From contig CAZEZF010000002.1 in the NCBI GenBank assembly GCA_964516495.1, positions 1,231 through 65,230 on the forward strand: a DNA stretch of 64,000 bases, written 5' to 3'. The notes beneath the pieces are model-generated. The model was not told where the DNA came from and ran no database searches. It saw only the letters and a program-made list of their open reading frames with translations. Of the stretch, positions 21,216 through 29,804 are shown piece after piece; position 1 is the stretch's first letter; the number at the start of each line of letters is the position of its first letter. The stretch comes from an uncultured Acidimicrobiia bacterium. Lineage in GTDB: Bacteria > Actinomycetota > Acidimicrobiia > Spongiisociales > Spongiisociaceae. The position numbers were made by a program, and so were the translations under genes.

Positions 21216-21680
21216 GTGACAACTACCGCAACGAAAGCCGACCCGGCGACGACGGTCAAGGCCTTCTTCGACGCCTACCGGCGACAGGATACGATAGCGA
21301 TGGTGGATCTATGTACCGACACCGCCAGTTTCTCTTACGTGCCGTTCGAGATATGGACCAAACAGAGGGTGATCAGGGGTGACGGAAAGGTCGCCACCCT
21401 CGGCCGGCCTATCTGGGAGGGCCTGATCAATTCTTTCCCCGATCTGACCAACGAGGTGCATTCCATAATCGCTTCCGAGGACGGCAAGGTGGCGGCGGTG
21501 GTCAGTATCGGCGGGTGTCAGGAGAAAGCCTGGGGGCCGATAGCTCCACAAGGAAAGAAGTACTGGGAGCCGCATGCGTTCATTTTCGATGTAGACGACG
21601 ACGGCAAGATCGAGAGCTTGACCGCCTACTGGGACAACGCTTCGATCTACCGGCAACTCGGTCACATGGAAGTCGACTGA
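21216..21680 (+). CDS. NTF2-like (SnoaL-like) domain protein
   Basis: VKAFFDAYRRQDTIAMVDLCTDT... pattern; second paralogue immediately upstream of monooxygenase genes. Confidence 0.5.
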   Translation: MTTTATKADPATTVKAFFDAYRRQDTIAMVDLCTDTASFSYVPFEIWTKQRVIRGDGKVATLGRPIWEGLINSFPDLTNEVHSIIASEDGKVAAVVSIGGCQEKAWGPIAPQGKKYWEPHAFIFDVDDDGKIESLTAYWDNASIYRQLGHMEVD

Positions 21681-21693
21681 GGAGGAAGAGAAC

Positions 21694-23202
21694 ATGACCC
21701 TTAAAAGAGAGGAATGGCAGGGAATAGTCCGTGATGTCGACTGGACTCTTGGATATGTGGACGACGACGCCGTATACCCGGATTGGTTGAGCGGAACGGG
21801 CAAGGTTCCCCGTGAGGCCTGGTCGGCATGGGAGGAGAGCTACAAGGTCGCCTATCCCGAGTATGTCGCCACCCAACACGAGAAGGAAACCTCGGCCTAC
21901 GCCGTCAAGGCGGCTCTACGCAAGTCCAACCAGTACGACATGCTGGACGAGGCGTGGCGGTCATCGGTCAAGATGCACCTCGGGGGAATCGCCCTCGTCG
22001 AGTACGCGGCGGTTTACGGTGAGAGCCGCATGGCTCGCTTCGGCCTCAGCCCCGCCTGGCGCAACATGGCCGTCATGGGAACCCTCGACGAGATTCGTCA
22101 CGGGCAACTCAGCCTCTCCTTCGCCCATGAGCTGGTAGAGCGGGATCCGCAGTTCGACTGGGCCCACAAGGCCCTCCTGACCAACGACTGGGTCGCTATC
22201 GCGCTGCGAGCCCTGATCGACAACATGATGATCGGCGGCAGCGTGGTTGACATCGCCATCCAGTTGCCCTTCGCATTCGAAACCGGATTTACGAACATCC
22301 AGTTCGTGGCTCTGGCCGCCGACGCCTTGGAAGCCGGCGACGTGGCCTTCGCCAACCTGATCTCCTCGATCCAGACGGACGAGGCTCGCCACTCCCAGCA
22401 GGGTGGACCCACCTTGGAGGTGCTGATCGAGCATGATCCGGTTCGGGCCCAGTGGACCGTGGACAAGTTCTTCTGGCTGTCGGCGCGCGCCTTTGCCGCC
22501 CTCACCGGCCCGTCGATGGACTACAACACCCCGGTGGAGTCCCGCAAGTACAGCTATCGGGAGTTCATGGAGGAGTGGATCATCGACCAGTTCGTCCGCA
22601 CCATCCAGGACTACGGCCTCAAGCGCCCCTGGTACTGGGACGAGTTCATCGAGGGTCTTGATGTGTGGCACCACTCGCTGCAGATGGGGGAGTGGTTCTG
22701 GCGTCCCACCCTTTGGTGGAAGCCGGTCGGTATCACCCCGGAATCACGGGAGTGGTTGATCGAGAAATACCCGAACTGGGAGCTCCTCTACGGCGACAAA
22801 TGGCGGATCCTCGCCGAGAACATTAACGCCGGTAATATGAACCGCGCTCTTCCGGAGACCCTTCCCTGGTTGTGCAACTACTGCCACCTCCCCACCTGTA
22901 ACGCCACCTACGGGCGGGACGGCAAGTGGCGGGTCCGGAATCACTCGCTCAAGCACAACGGTATCACCTATCACTTCTGCACTCGGGCCTGCCGTCAGAT
23001 CTGGTGGGAGGATCGCGACGCACTCAACAACAAGACGGTGGTGGAGAGGTTCCTGGCCGGTCAGATCCAGCCGATGGACGTTCCCGGAATACTGGGTTAC
23101 ATGGGCATCACGCCCGACGTCATGGGTGACGACGCCAGCGCCTACGATTGGACCGAGGCCTACGCCCGTACCGGGAAGGTAGGCGCGGGAGTGGGTGCAT
23201 GA
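21694..23202 (+). CDS. Soluble di-iron monooxygenase hydroxylase alpha subunit (toluene/alkene/propane monooxygenase type)
   Basis: Two di-iron ligand motifs DEIRHGQ and DEARHSQ, about 500 aa like TmoA/TouA-type alpha subunits. Confidence 0.8.
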   Translation: MTLKREEWQGIVRDVDWTLGYVDDDAVYPDWLSGTGKVPREAWSAWEESYKVAYPEYVATQHEKETSAYAVKAALRKSNQYDMLDEAWRSSVKMHLGGIALVEYAAVYGESRMARFGLSPAWRNMAVMGTLDEIRHGQLSLSFAHELVERDPQFDWAHKALLTNDWVAIALRALIDNMMIGGSVVDIAIQLPFAFETGFTNIQFVALAADALEAGDVAFANLISSIQTDEARHSQQGGPTLEVLIEHDPVRAQWTVDKFFWLSARAFAALTGPSMDYNTPVESRKYSYREFMEEWIIDQFVRTIQDYGLKRPWYWDEFIEGLDVWHHSLQMGEWFWRPTLWWKPVGITPESREWLIEKYPNWELLYGDKWRILAENINAGNMNRALPETLPWLCNYCHLPTCNATYGRDGKWRVRNHSLKHNGITYHFCTRACRQIWWEDRDALNNKTVVERFLAGQIQPMDVPGILGYMGITPDVMGDDASAYDWTEAYARTGKVGAGVGA

Positions 23203-23474
23203 GCGACAACGGCGCCGCCGCAGAACCACAGTTGGTTCCACTCAACGCCATCTTCGCCGACGACTTTGTAGAGATCCTGGTTCCGGTGATGTCCAACAAC
23301 ACCATCGCCGAGGTGGCGGAAGCGGTAGCTCACCACACGGTGGGTGTGCGGGTTCGAGACCGTGGTCTACCCAAGATCGTCGTCCACAACAACCGGATAC
23401 TGCCGTCCGACCTGACGGTGGTCGAGGCGGGGATTGCCCCCCTCGACCATATCCGGGTTGACTGGCAAGAGTAG
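23199..23474 (+). CDS. Monooxygenase small (TmoB-like) subunit
   Basis: About 90 aa ORF between alpha and effector genes, overlapping stop/start. Confidence 0.5.
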   Translation: MSDNGAAAEPQLVPLNAIFADDFVEILVPVMSNNTIAEVAEAVAHHTVGVRVRDRGLPKIVVHNNRILPSDLTVVEAGIAPLDHIRVDWQE

Positions 23475-23484
23475 GAGGGTCGAT

Positions 23485-23790
23485 ATGGAGAATCCGGTAG
23501 GTCCGATTCTACGGATGAGCGACTCCATCGAGGAGATCATCAGCGCTATCGAGGACGATAATCCCGGTCGGGAGATCGAGGTCATCGACCGGGGCGCTTA
23601 TGTGCGGGTGCAAGCCTCCTCCTTCCTGAAGGTGACGGCCGAGTCGTTGAAACGCCATTTAGGACCCGATTACCAGTTGCGATCCCTGGAAACCTTGCTG
23701 ACCGCCAACGCCGGGCGTATCAACACGTCCCGGAGTGATCAAACGAGTTGGTCGCTGGGTGGGGCAACCGAGGAGGACGTGACATCATGA
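23485..23790 (+). CDS. Monooxygenase effector/coupling protein (MmoB/DmpM family)
   Basis: About 100 aa, position and composition typical of SDIMO effector. Confidence 0.55.
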   Translation: MENPVGPILRMSDSIEEIISAIEDDNPGREIEVIDRGAYVRVQASSFLKVTAESLKRHLGPDYQLRSLETLLTANAGRINTSRSDQTSWSLGGATEEDVTS

Positions 23791-24821
23791 ACGCCAAGAA
23801 GCGTAAGCTGCGCACATGGAGCGAGTTCGGCGAGATTCGACGCCGTCCCACCGAGTATGAAATCGGCGCTCACGCCGCCAACTACACGGTCCGGCGAGAT
23901 CGAATGGCGCCCCTGGAGCAGAACCCTTCTTCTCCGGGAAACCTGTGGTTCTTGGCCTATCGAGACAATTCCCCGCTTCAGATCGACGACTGGGAGGTAT
24001 TCCGGGATCCTGACCAGCTGACCTATCGGGCCTATGTGTCGAAGCAGTCCACGCAAGAGGCCAAGGTGGCGGGATTGCTGGACAGCTTCGCGGCTGTCGG
24101 CCATGATGAGTCCTTGTCGGCCGGATGGGTGGATATTCTGCGAAAGCTCTACACGCCCATGCGTTATCCGTCGCACGTCATCCAGATGTTGCAGGCCTAT
24201 GTGGCGCACATGTCACCCACGGCCTACATCACCAACGCGGCGGCTTTGGCCGCGGCTGATCAGCTGCGACGGGTAACGGTGGTGTCGATCCGAACCCGTG
24301 AGCTACAGATGGCCTATCCGGAGGCAGGTTTCGTCACCGGTGAGCGCAAGATCTGGGAAGATCACGAAGCGTGGCAACCGGCCAGGGAACTCTTGGAGAA
24401 GGCCCTTATCGCCTATGACTGGGGCGAGGCCTTGACGGCCGCCAACCTGGTTATCGCCCCTACCCTCGACGATGTCCTGAACCGACAGTTGGGCGAGACG
24501 GCCCGAGCCAACAACGACAATCTGACCTGGTTGCTGTGTCAGAATCTGCATGAGGATACGGCTCGCCGGGCCCGGTGGTCGGCTGCGGTCGTCCGGCTGG
24601 CGGTGGAGAGCCGCTCGGAGAACGCGTCGGCTTTCGAACGCTGGATCAAGAAATGGGCGCCGCGGGCCGATGCCGCCGCGCTGGCCCTGGGAACCATGTT
24701 GGCCGGTGCGCCGGAGGGAAGGGTCGACGCCGAGACGGTGGCGGTGGAAGCTGCCGAGGCAAGGCGACAGATCCTCGCCACCACCGGATTGACCTGTCCG
24801 GCCGTTCACGCAGCGAGCTGA
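23787..24821 (+). CDS. Soluble di-iron monooxygenase hydroxylase beta subunit
   Basis: About 340 aa, ATGA-coupled to effector gene, beta-subunit-like helical protein. Confidence 0.6.
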   Translation: MNAKKRKLRTWSEFGEIRRRPTEYEIGAHAANYTVRRDRMAPLEQNPSSPGNLWFLAYRDNSPLQIDDWEVFRDPDQLTYRAYVSKQSTQEAKVAGLLDSFAAVGHDESLSAGWVDILRKLYTPMRYPSHVIQMLQAYVAHMSPTAYITNAAALAAADQLRRVTVVSIRTRELQMAYPEAGFVTGERKIWEDHEAWQPARELLEKALIAYDWGEALTAANLVIAPTLDDVLNRQLGETARANNDNLTWLLCQNLHEDTARRARWSAAVVRLAVESRSENASAFERWIKKWAPRADAAALALGTMLAGAPEGRVDAETVAVEAAEARRQILATTGLTCPAVHAAS

Positions 24822-24828
24822 GAGGTCG

Positions 24829-25152
24829 ATGACCGAATCTTCCGACCGGTGGCTCGACGCCATGGAACTGGATGACCTCTGGGAGGGTGACCTCGAAGGC
24901 GTTACGGTCGGCCGCCACAAACTCATACTCGTCAATGTGGATGGGGAGGTGCGCGCCTACCGGGATCGTTGCCCGCACCAGGCTTGGCCGCTTTCGGACG
25001 GAGATCTGGATGGCGAGGTGCTTACCTGCACCAACCATTTATGGGAGTTCAACGCGATAACCGGCGCCGGGATCAATCCGGACGACTGTTCATTGTTCAC
25101 CGTTCCGTGCAAGGTTGAGGATGGTGTCATCTACGTAGCGCCGCCCGGCTGA
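24829..25152 (+). CDS. Rieske [2Fe-2S] ferredoxin component
   Basis: CPHQAWPLSDG ... CTNHLWEF (CxH / CxxH Rieske ligands). Confidence 0.8.
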   Translation: MTESSDRWLDAMELDDLWEGDLEGVTVGRHKLILVNVDGEVRAYRDRCPHQAWPLSDGDLDGEVLTCTNHLWEFNAITGAGINPDDCSLFTVPCKVEDGVIYVAPPG

Positions 25153-25154
25153 TC

Positions 25155-26396
25155 ATGGCTGGTCTCCCGGAGACCGTCGTGTTGTTAGGTGGCGGTACCG
25201 CTTCGGCGGCGTGTGCGTCGACTCTTCGCCATAGAGGTTTCGACGGCCGGATCGTGTTGGTATCGGAAGAGGTGGAACTACCTTACGAACGTCCGCCCCT
25301 TTCGAAGCAGATACCGGCCGGGACTATGGATCCCGGCGCGGCAACCATCCGCAGCGAGGATTGGTACCACGCTAACGATGTAGAGTTGCGGCTTGGTGTC
25401 AGGGTCATATCTGTAGACGCAGACGGTTCGGCGGTCGGCACAGAGAAAGGTGAGCGAATCGGGTACGACCACCTCCTGGTCGCTACCGGGGGGCGGGCCC
25501 GGAGGCTGGCCCATATCGAAGGAGATCGAGTCCTGCACCTGCGCACCCGACGGGACGCTGAGAGGCTGTCGTCCGTATTGCGGGAGCGAGGCCGTCTCGC
25601 GGTGCTGGGTGGAGGTTTTATAGGTTGCGAGGTGGCCTCGACCGCCTTGGATTTGGGCGTTGAAGTGACCATTATCGAGATGGAGCCCTACTGTCTCCGC
25701 GCGCCTCTGGGGGACCGTTACGGACGGATCATGACCGAGATCCATGAGGACCGGGGATGTCGGATGCGGATGGGGGAGAGGGTCACCGGCGCCATCGAGA
25801 CTGCGGATGGGTTGATGGTGACCACCGACCTGGACAGGCTGGAGTGCGACTGGCTACTGGTAGCCGCCGGTATGATCCCGAACACCGAACCGGTACTCGG
25901 TACTCCGATCGAAGTGGACAATGGGATACTGGTGGATAGCCACTGCCGAACTTCCGTTCCCAACGTGTACGCAGCCGGAGACGTCGCCGCCCGCCGTCGT
26001 CCCGGTGGCGGGCGGCGGGTGGAGCATCATGACAACGCCATGAGGCAGGGCGCGGTGGTAGCTCGCAACATCCTGGGCGAGAAGACATGCGATGACGAGC
26101 CGCATTGGTTCTGGTCGGACCAGTACGACCTGTCGATTCAATCCCTGGGTGAGTTCGATCCGGATGCGAACCATGTGATCAGAGGATCGCTCGACGATCG
26201 GTCCTTCTCGGCCTTCCATCTCGCCGGGGATGGGGTGAGCGGGAGTAGCATCGAGGGAGTACTGACCATCGGCCGACCGAGAGATGTCTTTGCGGCCCGA
26301 AAGCTCATGAAGTCGGGAATGACCGTGACTGCCGGACAGCTGGAGGACCTTTCCACGGATTTGCGCCGCCTCGCTCGACCCCGGAGACGACGATGA
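25155..26396 (+). CDS. FAD/NAD(P)H-dependent ferredoxin reductase (pyridine nucleotide-disulfide oxidoreductase family)
   Basis: N-terminal VVLLGGGTASAACA, second dinucleotide fold LAVLGGGFIGCEVA, BphA4-like architecture. Confidence 0.75.
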   Translation: MAGLPETVVLLGGGTASAACASTLRHRGFDGRIVLVSEEVELPYERPPLSKQIPAGTMDPGAATIRSEDWYHANDVELRLGVRVISVDADGSAVGTEKGERIGYDHLLVATGGRARRLAHIEGDRVLHLRTRRDAERLSSVLRERGRLAVLGGGFIGCEVASTALDLGVEVTIIEMEPYCLRAPLGDRYGRIMTEIHEDRGCRMRMGERVTGAIETADGLMVTTDLDRLECDWLLVAAGMIPNTEPVLGTPIEVDNGILVDSHCRTSVPNVYAAGDVAARRRPGGGRRVEHHDNAMRQGAVVARNILGEKTCDDEPHWFWSDQYDLSIQSLGEFDPDANHVIRGSLDDRSFSAFHLAGDGVSGSSIEGVLTIGRPRDVFAARKLMKSGMTVTAGQLEDLSTDLRRLARPRRRR

Positions 26397-26800
26397 GTGA
26401 CCCAGCGCTTCCGGCGCCCACCGTGACCGCCCTCAAGACCAACGTCCGGATCGACCAGGACGAAGCCGTACATATCCTGAGGTCTATCGAGGGTATGAAT
26501 GTCGAGGAGGCTCACCGAGCTCTCAAGTTCCGGCCCGGTCTTGTTTCGGCGCCGCTCTCCCGGGTACTCGAGCAGGGCTTGGCGGAAGCGGCCCGCTTCG
26601 GGATACGGAGCCGTGAGATGGAGGTCGGTAGTTGGAGTGTGGACGATGGGGATGTAATCACCCGTCTGCGGAGGATGGCGCACGGCATCGCCGATTGGAT
26701 CACCACCAGCACCACCCGGGTCGAGATTCAATTACTAGTAGTGACCTGGCAGACCTCTTCGGGACAGGATGAACGCGACCAGATCACAGAGAGAAGGTAG
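26393..26800 (+). CDS. Hypothetical protein translationally coupled (ATGA) to the reductase; sequence pattern resembles the ribosomal uL22 fold
   Basis: VEEAHRALKF / RVLEQGLAEAA / VDDGDVITRLRRMAHGIADWITTSTTRVEIQL parallel the L22 blocks VSQALDIL / KVLESAIANAE / [32 protein letters not shown]. Confidence 0.35.
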   Translation: MSDPALPAPTVTALKTNVRIDQDEAVHILRSIEGMNVEEAHRALKFRPGLVSAPLSRVLEQGLAEAARFGIRSREMEVGSWSVDDGDVITRLRRMAHGIADWITTSTTRVEIQLLVVTWQTSSGQDERDQITERR

Positions 26801-26805
26801 TTACG

Positions 26806-27141
26806 ATGGATCCAGTCAAGGTATCGAGCCCGATCCGGAGTCGGATCATCGAATCGCTGCGAAATGTGATCGATCCGGACTTGGGTGTGAACATTGTCGA
26901 CCTGGGTTTCATACGCCGAGTTCAGGTCGAGGGTCGCGAGGCTTCCCTTGACGTGACCCTTACCAACCCTTTCTGCCCGCTTACATCGGTCATCGAGGAC
27001 CAGATGCGCAACGAGTTGGTAGGGGAGGGGATACTGGAGGACTTCCGAGTCAGTTGGGTGTTCGACCCCCCCTGGTGTCCGGATCAGGTCACCGAAGAGG
27101 GTCGAAAGCAACTCCGATCGATCGGGTTCGCATCGATGTGA
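26806..27141 (+). CDS. DUF59 / SufT (MIP18-like) metal-sulfur cluster assembly factor
   Basis: DPDLGVNIVDLGFI...NPFCPL motif of DUF59/PaaD-like proteins. Confidence 0.7.
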   Translation: MDPVKVSSPIRSRIIESLRNVIDPDLGVNIVDLGFIRRVQVEGREASLDVTLTNPFCPLTSVIEDQMRNELVGEGILEDFRVSWVFDPPWCPDQVTEEGRKQLRSIGFASM

Positions 27142-27196
27142 GCCCATCCCTGCAATTCCAGGTTCCAGGTAAGGTCATCTCGAGGAAGGATCCAAC

Positions 27197-27478
27197 ATGA
27201 CGATCATCGCTACCTACGACGTATCCGAAGGCAATGGGGACAGGGTTGCCGAACTGTTGAAGGGTTATGCACCCACGGTACTCACCGAACCGGGATGTAT
27301 CGCCTTTGATGTGTACCGGAGCAATGACAACCCGAACCGGTTCGTGCTTGTGGAGCAGTACACAGGCCAGGCCGCGGTGGAGGCCCACATAGCCGCCGAC
27401 CATTTCGACGAGATAGCCGTGAAGCAGATCCGCCCTCTTCTGGCCGACCGCAGCGTCGACTTCTTGACGAAGCAGTAG
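27197..27478 (+). CDS. Antibiotic-biosynthesis-monooxygenase (ABM) domain protein
   Basis: 93 aa, ferredoxin-like ABM pattern (FVLVEQYTGQAAVEAHIAADHF). Confidence 0.65.
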   Translation: MTIIATYDVSEGNGDRVAELLKGYAPTVLTEPGCIAFDVYRSNDNPNRFVLVEQYTGQAAVEAHIAADHFDEIAVKQIRPLLADRSVDFLTKQ

Positions 27479-27664
27479 ACGACCCAGGCGCCCGATCCAG
27501 CCCCGTTGTTTGCCGGCAATAGGTTGGTTGGCGCCATTCTATCGGTGAGTAGATGTCACAAATTCCTGGACGCCAAGATTGGGGTGGGGTAGCCTGAATG
27601 ACCTACCCACCTTGGCTAGGCGGCCGCCGAAACGATCAAGACATCAACACATCATTACCACAAG

Positions 27665-27959
27665 ATGCTATGTTGTCTTGAGCGGACAACCTTGACTCTC
27701 GATGATGATGTAGCGGCGGCTCTCAGGGAACGGACCCGGCTCACCGAACAGACATTCAAGCAGGTCGTCAATGACACCTTGCGGCGAGGCCTTTCCCCGG
27801 CGCAACCGGAGGCGAAAGCGGGTTACCGTCGTCAGGGTCCACCACGGTGGATTCCTATCTGGAGTCGATCCATTACGCCTGAACCAACTCAACGATTCGC
27901 TTGAGGCCGCCGGGTTCGCCGGCTCACCACTTTCACGGGATGTCCCGACCTTAGGGTGA
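27665..27959 (+). pseudogene. vapB: VapB-type (RHH, RTTLTLDDD) antitoxin gene with a frameshift near 27828; its 3' end is overlapped by a MITE
   Basis: ERTTLTLDDDVAAALRERTRLTEQTFKQVVNDTLRRGL in one frame continues as VVRVHHGGFLSGVDPLRLNQLNDSLEAAG in the +1 frame (track ORFs 27665 and 27771). Confidence 0.6.
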
Positions 27960-28068
27960 TGGGGGCGCCCCGTCCAGACGAGGCCGTCACACAGCTATCT
28001 TCCCAGGTCATGTGGTTAATTTCACCTCGCTCGGCTACCCATCCAAACCCCTGCATGAAAAATTGGGG
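27935..28068 (-). mobile_element. MITE family A copy 6, diverged/partial, inserted at the vapB-vapC junction (TTAA at 28069-28072); left boundary approximate
   Basis: 28068 leftwards matches the first ~100 nt of other copies (ccccaatttttcatgcaggggtttggatgggtagccgag...); weaker similarity further left. Confidence 0.55.
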
Positions 28069-28085
28069 TTAACGGAACGGAGCAA

Positions 28086-28403
28086 GTGGGGATTGCATGG
28101 ATCGTGGCGGCAGGGTTCGTGCGGTTACTCACCCACCCCAACGTTCTCAGTACCCCGGCGACACCGGAACACGCCGTTGACACCATGGCGGAGTGGTTCA
28201 TTTCGCCCGGCGTCATACCCCTGAACCCGGGAACGCGGCGCCTTACGATCTTCCGCCACATGCTTTCGGCCGCCGGAGTAGGCGGGAACCTTGTTACTGA
28301 CGCTCACATCGCTGCGCTCGCTATCAAGTATCAGGCCGAGGTCCACTCCAACGATCGCGATTTTATGCGCTTCCCCGGTTTGCGTTGGCGTAACCCTCTC
28401 TGA
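28086..28403 (+). pseudogene. vapC: VapC (PIN) toxin gene lacking its first ~35 codons (MxLVDANVLLYAV... missing)
   Basis: C-terminal two-thirds of PIN domain incl. GNLVTDAHIAALAIKYQAEVHSNDRDFMRFPGLRWRNPL; paralogue of 29151..29579. Confidence 0.65.
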
Positions 28404-28515
28404 TCTCCCCTCCGTCGGCGTTGTCTGACCTGATGCAGGCCGAAGGTGGACCAGTCGGCTTTGTGGGCCTACGTTGTCGGTTGTCTCCGAGATCGGTGAC
28501 GGACAGGATTCTTAC

Positions 28516-28875
28516 TTACAGGCGTACCGCGGGCAGTCGCTTTAGTTCTTCCCGCTGAGGATCAACCACGAAGCCCCCGGATTCGAGTGCGGTTACGGCC
28601 AGTAGTGGTTCTACACCTTCCTCGCCGAAGACCACCATGTTCGCTACAAATACACCTTCGAACTCCAGCACCGCCGCGCTGATGTCATAGGTGACGATCC
28701 TCCCATCGGCCGTCTCGTAGTCGCGGTTGGAGATAGGCGCCAGCCCGATCGACTCCAGGTACGATCTCGGCGCTACCGAGTCGAATGCGCCGGTGTCGAC
28801 CAGGAACCTACCGGTCCATGACCGGTCGAGATCAGCCGGATTCCGAACTGTCACATCAACATGGGTCATCCCCAC
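28516..28875 (-). CDS. Retropepsin-like (clan AA) aspartic protease, copy 1
   Basis: Catalytic VDTGAFDS (D-T-G-A) motif, 119 aa; about 80 percent identical to 31157..31516 with co-duplicated 5' and 3' flanks. Confidence 0.7.
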   Translation of the reverse strand: MGMTHVDVTVRNPADLDRSWTGRFLVDTGAFDSVAPRSYLESIGLAPISNRDYETADGRIVTYDISAAVLEFEGVFVANMVVFGEEGVEPLLAVTALESGGFVVDPQREELKRLPAVRL

Positions 28876-29097
28876 AGGATACCCTCCTTGGTATCGAAAA
28901 CGTAGTAATCAATAATAGATTATTAACATATAATTACAAGACCAATGAGGTAGGACAGTCGGATAGAATGAGTCGGCGCCGAACGTGGTCGGCGTCCGTG
29001 GAAGACCTGTGACACGCCACCCCCGAACCGTGGACTCGTCTACTCAAAGACTTTCTGATAGCAATACATCAGTCAAGTCGATGCTATAACTGTCAGA

Positions 29098-29579
29098 ATG
29101 CGAACGACTGTGACGCTCGACGCGGACACCCAACAGATTGACAGGGGATCGTGAAGCTCGTCGATGCGAACGTACTTCTGTATGCTGTCAACGGCGACGC
29201 GCCCCACCACTGGACGCCGCCAAACGGTGGCTCGACGGCGCACTCAACGGCGGGGCGACGGTTGCCTTTGCCTGGGTCGTCTTACTGGCCTTCATCCGGC
29301 TGGCTACCGCGCGCAGCATCTTCACCCGACCACTACGACCGCAAGAGGCGATAGCGCAGGTAGTTGACTGGACATCGCAGCCAACCGCTGTTGTCGTGGA
29401 GCCCACCGTCCGGCATCCTCATCTCGTTGAACGGTTACCGGCGCCGAGCGGGCCGGGTGGGAACCTCGTCAACGACGCGCATCTGGCTGCGCTCTCCGTC
29501 GAACACCGGTGTGAAGTCGTAACCCTTCGATCGTGACTTCGCCAGATTCGAGGGCATCCGCACCCGACTTCCGGTTTGA
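29098..29579 (+). pseudogene. vapC: vapB remnant (18 codons, 29098-29154) plus vapC (PIN) with two frameshifts (about 29212 and 29524)
   Basis: VKLVDANVLLYAVNGDAPHH | DAAKRWLDGALNGGATVAFAWVVLLAFIRLAT...GNLVNDAHLAALSVEHRCEVVT | FDRDFARFEGI read in three frames; GTGA start/stop overlap with the MRTTVTLD remnant. Confidence 0.65.
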
Positions 29580-29804
29580 TCCCGACGACTCGAAAAGGCG
29601 CCATCAACATGTTGCGAAGGTCAGGTTCGAGGGCGTCCTCACGAAGAAGATAGAATCCTTAGCGTAGAGTAGTGAGAATTAGTAGTGTAGTAATGCGTGA
29701 ACTTATAGTGCTGACATAGCCTACGGTATCGGGTGACCAGTATCCGTATCGGGAGGACTACTGGGCCACCTGCGGCGCCGGGTAGTCGTTCAAGGGGACG
29801 AAGT

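Noticed and set aside
21961-22674. Long antisense ORFs, e.g. 21961..22674(-), 53956..54885(+), 59288..60289(-), 60720..61718(+), 39156..40049(-)
   Set aside because: Each lies opposite a well-supported gene, has Arg/Gly/Pro-rich low-complexity translation and no motifs. They are typical high-GC antisense artefacts.
27570-27625. Imperfect palindrome ccaagattggggtggggtagcctgaatgacctacccaccttgg at the core/island boundary as an att site
   Set aside because: There is no integrase, tRNA or matching second copy at the other island edge, so it was kept only as a boundary note.
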